In this document: in pieces, positions 26,885-39,059 of the stretch
Layout of the letters: the number at the start of each line of letters is the position of its first letter
How positions within the stretch are numbered: position 1 is the stretch's first letter
Translations under genes and position numbers: made by a program
The notes under the pieces: model-generated
Database searches by the model: none
What the model saw: the letters and a program-made list of their open reading frames with translations, nothing else
Told to the model about the DNA's origin: nothing
From: Mytilus edulis
Lineage: Eukaryota
Length of the DNA: 64,000 nucleotides
Direction of reading: 5' to 3'
Assembly (NCBI RefSeq): GCF_963676685.1
Contig: NC_092351.1
Coordinates: forward strand, 59,768,001 to 59,832,000

Positions 26885-29800
26885 GTAATGATTTATTAGA
26901 CACATCACACGTATTATCTTAACTTAAAACATATTTGATCATTTGCTTAAAAAATATAACCTACTTGAGACAGCAAACAGACCTAGACCAATGTAATAAT
27001 TAGCCAATGTATCTGCTTGACAAAATCTTCAGTAGGAATAAGTATTTGTTGTATCAAATTATATACATTTGGAAACATCAGTATCTTTGCAAAACATTTC
27101 AAGAGCAAACTGTATATGTCCTACTTTTAAAGCCTTTAGGCACCAATGTAACATATAAAATTTTTGAATGAATATCAAGAAAAAGCAGTTTTTCAAAATC
27201 AGTATAATATTTCATTATTTTTTTCATTGAAATGGTTTACGAATGGATCCTTTCTTTCTGTGGGTAGATTTGAAACTGCCATCCACATTAACTGTACTCC
27301 CCCGTTTTTTTTTCAGAACACACTTTCGGCTAACTGAATAGTCATGATCAGTTTTTGAACTTTTGGATTTTCTGATTGGAAACAGCGGTTGTTGCTTTCG
27401 CTTTCTTGTTGTTTTGGAAAAGTTGATTGTCTTACAAATATATAATGCCGTTGTGAGTGCTTGTAAAATAGTTTTCTTTTTTTTCACGTCAATTGTCTGA
27501 AAATTTTTATTGTTTACATATATATTGATTTCCTCAATTTTTCTTTTAATAGCCTGGTCGGTTGTTTCTTTGTCTTCCTTTAATTGTTGTCTTGTTTCAT
27601 CAATTGAAGTAGACTCTATGTCAGGTGATGGAACTACCATTTTTGCCACCATCACACAAACACAATGTATACCATGGCTATTGGCAAAACATGTACATTT
27701 GAATGAGGTCAAATTAACAACTGGACAAAACCTCTACCTGGTTGTTATCTCTGTCATAAAAATATTGTTCTGCATTAAATACATTCATTGCTTCTGATCT
27801 GCGCTCTACAGTGGGGTCGATGTTCCTTTTAGAAGCAATCAAATCAGCTAAATGAACATGCTTACACATTCCTAAAAAATAGTAGAGAATGGAACATAAA
27901 TAAATGCATTGTACCCTTATGGTTTACTTTCAATTGTACAAACTTTAAACAAAACCACCAATCAACATGCAGTAAAGATTTACTTAAATTGGATCGCATC
28001 GTTTTAGACAAGTTGATGAGGCAAATGATTATTTGCACTTGTATAACCTGATGACGGTTGATAACGTCTTGTTGGAAGACAACAAAACCGAGGAGACTCA
28101 TAAAACCAAAAGACATTTACAACAACAGTAAAAAAACAATAATAAACAACACGAACTCCACTATAAACCTGAAGTAAAATTAGGTGCCCAAGAAGGGTAA
28201 GCATTTCCGCGACGATTTACGGCACCCGAAATTAATTATCTTGATTTCAACAATTCATACTTGATGGTGTACTTTTAAACATTGTTGAACTGACTTAAGA
28301 TAATAAAAAAAAACTTACCTCTTGTTGTTGCAGCTGGACAGTTGCACACTACATTGACAATGTCCACATTATAAATCGTCCCAAATGCTGTCTGTGATGG
28401 AACAGTGCATACTGTGGAAGAAGTCCATTGCACAGTTTGGTCGAGTCCTGCCTTGAGCATATTCTCTGCTGTCAATTTACTTTTGTCTTCCCTTTGTCCT
28501 CCCATATTTTTCAGGCGACCAATATTTTCGAGTTCATCTAGATAGCTAAAATTACGATGTTTTTTATTTATTTTTGATTATGAAAACATAATTCAAAGAT
28601 CTATTAATAAATTATTTCTTCAAAAATTGAATTTACAGTATTTAATACTCAATGTATTTGCATCTTAAATTGAAATGATCCTTCTAATTTCAGACGATTC
28701 AAGTGAACGATAAGAAGAACAGGATTGTGACAAATTTAAACTTACTTACTCATAAAACATAGTTACATTTCCATGGAGCAGAATAAGTAAGTCCTCTACT
28801 CTGCTATTGGCATACCCACCAAGGAAATGGTATTTCATGCCCAGGAAAAACCTGAAAACGACAAAATGTTAATGACTTTGAATTTATGATTTATGTTTGA
28901 ATGTACAAATAGAAAGTACATAAAATTATAATGTGTATACATTTGAATGTTATAAGTAGCATTATATTTTTTCTTTTAAAGTTCTCATACACATCAGGTT
29001 TTGCTAGACTACATTTTTCATTTTGTCTGCTTTTATGTAATTATCGACTTGCATTGACGATTATGATATTTGTATTAAATTTGCATAACCCTATCATGAA
29101 AGAACGGCAATAATCTCTCCGTATAGTTAAAAAATGTATAGTTTATATCATTTTAAGTCTTTGGTTACCCACGAAGAAGTAGGATTTAGCCAAAGTGTTT
29201 ATCCACAAAATAAAATATAGTTAGTTACTATTATCAAACAGATAATAATTAGATGATGCTTAAAATTTCGATCTAGTAATATATAAGGTGTATAGTAATA
29301 CAATGCATTAATAACCTTTCAACTAAGTTATTTGTATCTTAATCTTCATAAAAAAATGTCTTCCATAGTTGGCCCATCGACATCCCCACTTGTCAGTACA
29401 CCAGTTGTCTAACAAGTAGTCTGTTATTTGTTTGGAATGCATCTTCTCTTGCAACATTTGAACTTGTTGAGACAAGTCTTCTTTCTGATGAAAAATTATA
29501 TTGACACATTTTTTTTGAGTATAGAAACAGAATTTATAGATTAAACACGCATGCATGTACTCATAAGCATTGTACATTTATAGGTAAGATCTTTAAATCG
29601 CATTAAGCAACTCTTTGTACTTTCTAAATTATTTTACTGATATAATTCAATAGAGATTCATTGCTATATGTTTTACTGTTTTTTTTTGTTTTTTTTTTTT
29701 TTTATCTTTTATCAACCAAAATTCATTGATTGTAATTTTTTATTATTATTATTGCGTTTTAATTCACTCATTATGAAAAATCTTGTTGATATGATTTATC

Positions 29801-31629
29801 ATCTTTTGATATTTAAACAATTACAATATTGGAAAAAGAGAAAAAGATCCCACTAATGTCTCATTTCTACAGGGATTTTTCTTATAATATTAACATATCA
29901 ATAACCAATCGTGTTTCATTGTGAGGCAACAAATTCGTGATTTATTTTTAAAAACAATGTTTCACATCCTCTGCATATAAGACTGTTGTAAAAAAAATAT
30001 CAGATTCAGGTCCAGTTATACTATGTAAATTAACATTCACCTAGTACATATTTAATATTCGAATACATTATTTGAATTTGTCAGGACCAACTCAAAATTA
30101 TTGACCAATTTAAAAATTATTCTATTTCACTGTGGTATCATAGGTTCATTATATTTTATTTGTCTTAACTAGCACGTTTGATTACCCTGGTATATATTTT
30201 CATAGTTCTGATATAGTCAATAACTTTTTTTTTGGTTTGTGCGTGCATGGGTCCTGATACACCAGATTCTTTTTTATTCAAAAATATGTACACAGCCTGT
30301 AAACCAAATCATTTATATTTAGTTCATGTCTTAAAGATTTCTTGCTAATAATAATTTAATATTGTCTTGAATATATCATGACTAATTATTTTTCAACAAG
30401 ATAATATTTGATCTATGAGTATTAATGCGAAAGAGTTGATTTATTAAATCAAAACTGACCCCAGGCTTATAAACAAAAACAAGATATAAAATGTTAAATC
30501 CAATGCAATTAATACCTATTGATTCAATAGAGTGAAATTTCACAGAATAACTCTCATTTAATAACTGATTTTTTTCCCATAAAGGTAAAATGTATGATAC
30601 ATATATTGAATGATATAATACCTGTAAAACATGAAACCAGCAAAGTAAAACGGAGCTGTTTGGGAATACTTCATTAATTGCGCTGATTTCTTTGGTACCA
30701 TAAAAGATCTAGTAAACAAAATGTAACACTGCAGTATCAACAATTTGTATCTTTATCTCATATTGGTTTTATTCTATAATACTATTTGTTAATTTGTAAA
30801 TAATTATGTAAATTCTTATTTTTTTATATCAATTAGATTCTCAATTTTTGATTGAAAAGTTTGGAAACAAGCCCAACAAAGCTTTAATTATTATGTTATA
30901 TGTAAACCTGACTATGAATTAATCTTACATGCTTTGGTTTTATGGCCTTCCATAGATCACTCTCAAAAGTTTTTAAGGAAATTGATGTTTTTGTAAGTTT
31001 CATTAGTCCATGAGATAAATATTATTATGCAAAATTATTTATCTAATATTCTTTGCCAAAATTCAACTTAAATTGTTGTTGACCTTAATTGTATTAATTT
31101 TGATATGCAGGAAAAAATGTTTCTTTAGATGAATCTTTCATTGCATTGTCTATTGGTCAATTGTCAAATAACTATCACTGCAAGAATATGTGAATAATGT
31201 CATAGTTTAACCTGTAATTTTTACAGACAAATTAATTAAAAGATATAATTGAATGGCTTTTATTTATCTTTTATATCCATATCAGATTTGATGTTGACTC
31301 CGAATATTGTAACTAATTGTAAACAAATAATAAGACGAAAATGAAAAGTGTTAATAAGCAATGTTATTATACTTCAAGAGTTTTTTTCCTATATAAAATA
31401 CATGAAATAGTTGTGCTATTTCCTTCTAAAGACAATTTGCCAGTTAATAGTTTCAAAGACTATTTACCCGGTGAATAGTTTTGTAAGTAGATTTCCCGAA
31501 CTTTTCTAACTTTCTTTTCATTGGTCAAAAATGACGTCATTTATCATTCGCGATTCTCTGAGTTTTTCCCATAGTCATGTAAAACACTGAAATATCGAAA
31601 ACAGGAAGACGACATCAGACGATCAAAAC

Positions 31630-33551
31630 ATGGCAGAAACAAGCAGATTTGCATCTTTAGAACCTGATGATCTTAGTAAAATATTGAATGACAGAGATTC
31701 GAAAAATACTAAAAACGTAATAGGAGTATCAAAAAGGATAATAGGAGATTATTTGCTAGAAAAAGACGGTTTATATAAAACTATACAAGACTTAGACCAG
31801 GCCAACACAGAAGACGTCGTCAAAACACTCCGACAATTTTATGTTGAGGTCAGAAAAACAGATGGTACATTATATGCTAAAAAATCTTTGATTACATTAA
31901 GATTTGGCTTACAAAAACATTTCGCTGAAACAAGAAAACAAGACATAATCAACAATGAAGAGTATAAAGCTGCAAATGATATGTTCAAAGCTATGATGGT
32001 GGCGATGAAAAAAGAAGGGAAGGCCAATGTCAATCACAAAGAGCCTATTTGTCCTGAAGACTTACAGAAATTATATAAACATGAACAATTTTCCCTTAAG
32101 ACTCCCGAGGCATTACAGAAGAGAGTGTTTTTTGAGTATTTGTATTACTTCTGTAATAGAGGCAGAGAGAATATAAGAGATGTACAAAGGGACGATTTCG
32201 AGTTAAAAAGAGATGCAAAAGGGCTGCGGTATGTCAGAGTTAAAGTTGTACGGCAAACCAAAAATCATAGAGGGGATGACTTTACAGATGTTGATGATAA
32301 AGACGGCAGGATGTATGAAATTCCAGGTAAATTATTTGTTGTTATAAATGTAATAGATAAATAGATTAAATACATGATGCTGAAACCATGTTTAAGAAGT
32401 TTACGTTGAATACATTCTATAATGAGTTTTGCACATATGAAGTTCACATACGCGTCGCCAGTAAAACTGCATTTGCGACCGTTAAATTGGCAATTGACAG
32501 TGACACAACTACAGTACTGTTATTCCTTAATTTTACCATTGTTCACTTGACTCACTGATGAGACACATTATTTACAAGCACATGTACATGTATCTTTTTC
32601 AATGAGTTACACCAGTTGACCAGAGGTCAATCAACTTAACTAACATCCTCAAACATTGGTTTTTACTATGATTAATAATGTAACGTACATCAGCATTGTG
32701 AGATAGGAAATTATGGGAAATTGTAAGTTGTTTATTTCTTAAAACTGTAATTAAAAAAAATCAAAACTCTCTCAAAAATTGCAGGAACAATGTATAAAAA
32801 ATCTTATAAACACACCAAAAAAAGAATTTTTCTGGTAAACTTCAATTATGTATTAAAAGTGTCTATCCTTTTTTTTTCAGGAAGTGCTAATTGCCCTGTT
32901 ATATCTTTCACCAAATATTTTAGTAAGCTGCATCCAGACAGGACAGAGTTTTGGCAGCGTCCAAAGCGTGCATCCAAAACTACAGAATCCGCCGATATAT
33001 GGTATGACAATAGTCCAGTAGGAAAAAATACTCTTGGAAATCTAATGGCTAAAATAAGCGAAGAGTGTGATTTGTCTCGTAGGTACACAAATCATTGCAT
33101 ACGCAGTACATGCATAACTGTCTTGGACGAAGGGGGTATTGAAACTCGACACATTATGGGACTTAGCGGCCACAAGTCGGAATCAGCAGTAAAGTCCTAC
33201 TGCAAGCGTCTGAGCAGTACTAAAAAACATGAAATGTCAAACATTCTAAGTGAAACTATTCAAAGTGCAACAAGTTTAAATGGTGAATTATCAGAAAAGA
33301 GAGTTAAAACTCAGGATACAACAACATCAATATGTGATAATAGCGTTGACTTACTTTCTAATGATATTGAATTTGATCAAATACTACAGGACATTTCAAG
33401 CTATGAGTCAAATCAGACAAACATTCAAAATATTATTCCTCCTTCATGTAGTTCAACAGTAGGTGTCAATAATAACTTCCGTTTCCCATTGTCTGGGTTT
33501 TCAATTCAAAACATTAACAATTCCAATATACATTTTCATTTTGAGAAGTGA
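31630..33551 (+). CDS. Crypton tyrosine recombinase (DUF3504/KCTD1-like), 2 exons 31630-32326 and 32881-33551, 455 aa
   Basis: NRGRE (R), QTKNH (K), CPV, TNHCIRST (HxxR), SGHKS (H) and VKSY (Y); phase-1 GT-AG intron; no stops. Confidence 0.9.
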
Positions 33552-33851
33552 GTAAATTCAGTTAGTCAGTAACTTTAGTGAGTCAATTAATGTTATTATT
33601 CGATATGTTTCTTGTTATATTTTGTTGAAAATACAGTCATTATTAAATCATACAATGCTGTTTACTATTTTATTTAAGATACCATATGAATCAGGAAACT
33701 AAATTGGTAAATATTGTCATGAATGGTCCTGGAATACTACTGTGGTTGTACTTGTACAATGTGCAAATAGTATGGTATAGATCTTCTAATTTACATTTGA
33801 CAGAAGGTGTTTGAAGATTTCTTTGAAAGTTGTGTTGTTCAGTATAATAAA

Positions 33852-33995
33852 ACACCTAATGACTGGGTGTGCGGGTAATAGCAAGTTTGTTGTCCCTTCG
33901 CATACCAACTATTGCCCTCGGCTTCGCCTCGAGCAATAGTTGGTATCTCAGGGACAACAAACTTGCTATTACCCTCACACCCAGTCAATAGGTGT
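33852..33995. repeat. ~68-bp-arm subterminal inverted repeat (hairpin with GGCTTCGCC loop) at the Crypton 3' end
   Basis: ACACCTAATGACTGGGTGTG...CACACCCAGTCAATAGGTGT; the arms are nearly complementary. Confidence 0.9.
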
Positions 33996-36086
33996 ATACT
34001 ATTGAATTCGAAATATTGTCAACTTTGATACCCACAAACCTTGGACAGAAATCAAATCCCTGATTTTCAGCCGTAGTCTTCAGATATCTCAGAAATATTT
34101 TGACAACTTCACCAGTATCATCTGACAAGATACAGTACGAAAGAGGAGTGCCCCGGCCTTGCTGTTCATCTCTTGCAACAAGAGCATAGAATGAATAACC
34201 ATAGGCAGTTAATCCTTAAACAAACAAAAAAATATGCTGTAAGTTTATTGTCACACAGTTCATTTTTTTTTACACGTGTTAATATTGTAAATTGAAATTT
34301 CCATGATTATATATAAGTATAATTATACCTTTATATGTAGCATCTAAAAACACCACATTTTCTGCTAGTTTCATCATTCTCTTTCTTTGTGCTTCATTCT
34401 GGTAAATGATTTCTAATGGATGTACTCCCCTACAATGTAAATGTTACATATTTAATGTCCAGAAGTATGAGTATATATTTTATGTTGAAATCATGTGCAT
34501 TTAATGAAAGAGAAGACGACAAACTAGCTACATTGTACTCATATTAAATAACCTCAATGAAAACTGAAAAGACAAAAATGTAAAATCTATTGACAAAATA
34601 TATGACTTGTGAACAAGTGTAGCACTAAAAACACTCAAAAGGATAAAAACCAAAAATACAAAGCATCTATTATAAGAAGTCAGATATACTACAGAAAACT
34701 CCTCTGTACAGCTCTCATTGAAACATTTTACGGACAAAATCATATACGAAATTGGACAGACGAGTACTATAAAAAAAATTCATTTGAACATAAGGCAATC
34801 CAGTCATGTCTGAAGAACAAAACTGGGTATCAATCAGTAATTTCAGAATTACTCTTTATCAGCATTATGCTTATATCAGTCATTAAAATTTACAAAAGTA
34901 CATTATTATATAAGAATAATTACTCTTTCAATTCTTGGTAGAAAATTATCTTTTCCTTCAGTATGTGTGTGCATAACTCGTGTACAGCTACAGCATCATT
35001 CTGGTGAATTCTAAAACAAATGAGGAAATATAAAATTTAACCAACTTTTGTAGAAATATCATAGATCAATACAAGTACTGACATGTACAGAACCAATGTC
35101 AACAGTACATCTGTATAATTTGACCAGAAAACACCAAAGTTCATTTACTGTGTAAAGTGCATAATTACAATCAGATTGGTAAAAAGATTAAATGGTGAAT
35201 AAAGGTCTAAATATCTATATAAAGTAATGATTTAAACAGACGACCATTGGGTTTGCATACAGTGCATCAGTTTAAATGACCGCAAACCAAAGTCTGTATC
35301 TATGAATGTCATAGAGGTAACCAACGTCAATTCCAGTGTAAGGTACTAAATACCAAATGCTCTTTACATTTAACTTTACCAAAGTATGTAGATGTAACAA
35401 GATGGAACCAAGGATATACTTTGTGTGAAGCTATCAATATTTTTAAATTGTCCAGATGTGACCAAAGTTGCGGTGAACAGTGGTAACCAAAGTCAATATA
35501 TGTGTACGGTTTCAAAAGGAGTATAGATTATACACATATCTAAAATAGACATAGGAAACACAAGTATGTTTAAGGTAGCCCTAGTCAATATCTGTGTATC
35601 ATTATATATATGTTTAAGGTGACCAGAGTAAACAAATTGGTGAAAAGTGATTATCAAATTCTGCAAACATTTAAGGGTACAAGTGGCGACCCAGGTCCAT
35701 ATCTGTGTTAATTAACCAGAGGTTACCAAAATCTTTATATTTTAAGTGTTATCAGAGGTAGCAAAGTCTTTGTCTGTGTACTTCAATATAAAGATTTGGT
35801 TCAAGTAATCAGAGGTAACTTAAGTCCGGGCAATGGTTATTTTTTGATGACTGGATACGTAGAGACAAAGCCTGTTTCTTTGGATTTTTGACAAGAACAA
35901 AGTAGTAAGTACATATTTTAAGTAAATCTTTTGATTATGTTTTGATACCTTTTATCCATTTTGTAACGTTGACATATATTCTTAATGTCAACTGGTGTCA
36001 GATAGTATCTGCTATCGTGCACATCAAAATGCCTTTGAACTCTAGCCCATTTCCATGCTTTGCACAATATTTCCATTGGTTTTTTC

Positions 36087-36186
36087 NNNNNNNNNNNNNN
36101 NNNNNNNNNNNNNNNNNNNNNNNNNNNNNNNNNNNNNNNNNNNNNNNNNNNNNNNNNNNNNNNNNNNNNNNNNNNNNNNNNNNNNN
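36087..36186. other. Assembly gap (100 N, true size unknown)
   Basis: Run of exactly 100 N. Confidence 1.
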
Positions 36187-36295
36187 CCATGATTTGAAAG
36201 AACAGAAGAAAGCTTTAGAAGACATTGTTAATCCAATTATAAGTAATATATATCAAGATTCTCCTTCTTCGGAGGGAGAAAAAGAAGAATTGTAA
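36187..36295 (+). CDS. HSPA5: BiP/GRP78 C-terminal fragment ending in KEEL
   Basis: HDLKEQKKALEDIVNPIISNIYQ...GEKEEL* matches the BiP lid end and an ER-retention signal. Confidence 0.85.
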
Positions 36296-36754
36296 TAAGT
36301 TTGTTAGTCCCATAATACCTCTGTCTTTCACTGCCAGTATATTTCCGTTTTACATTTAAAAGTAAGAGTCATATTTATTCATGTGCAAGTAACTCTGTTA
36401 TTTATTTTGTTTTTGTGGTAATGAATTTGTGGTAAAAAGTGTTTGAGTTGGGCGAATGTGTGATATATGTACAATGCAGCTGTTTTATTTACATGCTATT
36501 TGCGGAACAGACATGATAATATTATTATAACCAAAAGGCGACAAAGTTTACATGATGTGATTTAATTAAGACAATCAGTGACCCCTCGTCAGTTCCCTGT
36601 ACTAAACTAATTATTTTTGTAAGGATATCAGAAATCCATAAACTATCGTTTGATAACAAATGTGATCATAGAGGGAAACACGGTTTCTAATAATTCCTGT
36701 AGAACATTTAGTTCTTATATGTCCAGCTTCGGCCATGAAAAGTTAAAAGGATTA

Positions 36755-37302
36755 TGTCCAGTAAGACCCCCTTTTGGCCCCAAAATATAGCAGTTTTACA
36801 AAATTGTTAAAATGTAAACTTTTACTTATTTATTGGAAATTAGAATGCTACATAAATATAGGGCTGTTTTTGACAATACTATGAACATATATCGGATACT
36901 ATCATCATTAAGTCATACTAAATTAATGAAATCATCACAATTTTAGCATTTTAGTTAAATTTCAGACGGTTTCCGTCTTAAATGAAAGTGGCCTCATTTG
37001 TGTTCATTCTTGAAATGTAAGTTGTATTTATCGATAATACATAACATGTATAAAGGTTGCGGCCACTTTCATTTTTTGATAATAATTATTTGAAAACTGA
37101 CGTTTTGTTGTCATATTAAATTTTGATAGATTTGTCATATTAAAGGTTGAATCAGAGCGTTTTTAATGACTAAAACAGTTAAAATCTTTCACTTAAACTA
37201 ATTGAATCAACTGAAGTAGACACTTAAGTGTTTAAAAAGTTACCAAAATCTTTTGTCAGATGAACCTGAAATTGGTAGCCAAATTCGGCTCTTACCGGAC
37301 CT
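36755..37302. mobile_element. Non-autonomous TIR element (GTCCAGTAAGA...TCTTACCGGAC)
   Basis: Short terminal inverted repeats about 545 bp apart. Confidence 0.55.
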
Positions 37303-37835
37303 ATTTCTTTACACATTGGAATATTTTGGGACCTCAGTATTCGTTTGTTTAAGGATTCTTTGATAGTTTTTGTTAAAATTGTTATAACATAAAATTCATC
37401 AATAAAACACCATAACTTATCTTTGCTCTTCATTTTGTCTAGACATTTAAGCCCCTGTGGGGAACAGTAGACATCCCTAAAATTATGATTGCTAGACAGT
37501 CTTAAGCATTACACTCTTTGTCTCAATATCATTGTTGTAAGATGGTATATTACATGTAATACAATTGTGTGTATTTTGAAAAGTGTGCAATGTTTATATA
37601 TTTTAATGTATGTCATTAGGTGCATGATTGAACTCGTCGTGTATTTGTTATTTAAGAGAGAAAATCTGTTGAATTACTTTGTTATTTATATTTTTAATAA
37701 AAATTAACATTTATACTTATTGATTTTATTTCATTACTTTGATTGAATATTCCAATGAATCATGTACGTTTCCTGGATTTGTTTCCTGCTACTTTTACTA
37801 TAGTTACGTCACAAATTTTAATCTCAGATCTAAAT

Positions 37836-38102
37836 GAGGGGGAGGACAGGGGTAAGGGAGACAGGGAGAAAGAGGGTAGGAGAAAGGAAAAAGGGGGTGG
37901 GAGAAAGGAGAAAGGAGAGGAAGGCTGGGAGAAAGGAGAAAAAGTTGGAGAAAGAAGAAAAAGTTGGAGAAAGGAGAATTTTTTTTAATTTATCTCCGGC
38001 AAAAGTAGATGTTTTATTCTAATGGGAGAAAGGAGAACGGGGGTAGGAGAAAGGAGAAGAGGGGTGGGAGAAGGGAGAAGGGTACCCCCTGTCATCCCCC
38101 TC
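37836..38102. mobile_element. Purine-rich MITE with TIR GAGGGGGA(G/T)GACAGGGG and 6-bp TSD CTAAAT
   Basis: TIRs at both ends; CTAAAT at 37830-37835 and 38103-38108; internal GGAGAA repeats. Confidence 0.8.
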
Positions 38103-39059
38103 CTAAATGACTGCTTCAATTCATTTGTAAATAAATATGTTTTTTTTTCAACCGAACTTATTAAGCGAGGTTGTTCTTTAGGATGAGGTTGAATTTATTA
38201 AAAATTATTCTCACATTTCATATCTGACACGAACCTCAGATCCTGTTCACCATTCATAATTGATTCTTGTCCAGTGTACTCATGTAATGTTTGGCACTGG
38301 ACAATAAGGGGACCTAAACCGCTTCATTCAGTATATTGTTTTATGTCCGATGGGGAAATTTTCTAATTTTGTTACCAAATAATATTACCTCTTATATTTC
38401 AGATATTTCATTTTTAGGCAAAAGTGTTAATACTTGAACTTAATTTATGTCAAAGAAGTAAAGAAAACTTCTCTATTGAGGTATTATCCCTTGAAAACTT
38501 AATTTGAAATATCTAAATTAGTTAATAAACATCTAGATGATCAATTCATTTTTTAAATTATCTGAATTAAACGTTTTTATTACATGGTAACTGTACTTTG
38601 AAATGATGATGTGTATCAATTTTAAAGAGAAAACAACAGCAATAAACAAACAAAACAAAAATGTTAGACAACAAACCAATGTCAGCCATTTAATTAGAGG
38701 TTCCTATGATAGGACATGCATATACAGAATGGGATGGAGTGAACCACGGTTGTGAGATTTCTACCATCCCCATGTTCGAAATATCTTTTGTACAATTTTG
38801 TATATAATTTATTCGTTTATGAGTGATGTACAATAAGAACTGCAATATACGATGTCAATCTTTAACGCTCAGAGATGAATTAGTTTATTTTAGGTCCTTC
38901 TTTGTGATATAGTATGGGATTGGGCATCTCTGATGAAAATTTAACACAGAAAAGCGCTTCGGACGTACAAAATAAAGAAAATATGTAGTTACAATTTTCT
39001 ACTTGAATGATATTCTCACCTATGAAACCCATGGCAATTTGGTATAGTACCTGTCGAAA

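Larger units (their letters stand above)
31230..33997 (+). mobile_element. Crypton (tyrosine-recombinase DNA transposon) nested in a transposase intron; 5' boundary approximate
   Basis: Single YR gene, no RT, no TIRs, and a long 3' hairpin; host-element sequence resumes at ~34000. Confidence 0.8.
19463..36086 (-). mobile_element. Large Mutator-like (MULE) element inserted in BiP; the right end lies in the gap
   Basis: Abrupt mid-exon break with a GG-initiated terminus, MULE transposase exons, a convergent second gene, and the same repeat motif in inverted orientation near the two sides. Confidence 0.7.
27224..36086 (-). pseudogene. MULE DDE transposase with SWIM zinc finger(s). Exons (minus strand): >36086-35949, 35010-34924, 34429-34329, 34214-34040, 30708-30622, 29484-29316, 28851-28750, 28545-28319, 27871-27224
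   Basis: VVFLDATYKG (D1), GRGTPLSY, SFMV..KEISAINEVFPNSSVLLCWFHVLQ (D2 deleted, CxxH retained), DTNNLVERFF (E) and CNCPAATTRGMCKH (SWIM). Several frameshifts and stops. Confidence 0.85.

Noticed and set aside
32553-32580. CACTGATGAG hammerhead-like start in the Crypton intron
   Set aside because: No stem II or GAAA follows.
31630-33551. Phage or bacterial integrase contamination
   Set aside because: It has a spliceosomal intron and Crypton/DUF3504-type motifs, and is embedded in animal sequence.
35918-36295. ORFs spanning the N run
   Set aside because: Artefacts of the gap: the left side is transposase (minus strand) and the right side is BiP (plus strand).
37743-38022. Lys/Glu/Gly-rich ORFs
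   Set aside because: Translation of the purine-rich MITE.
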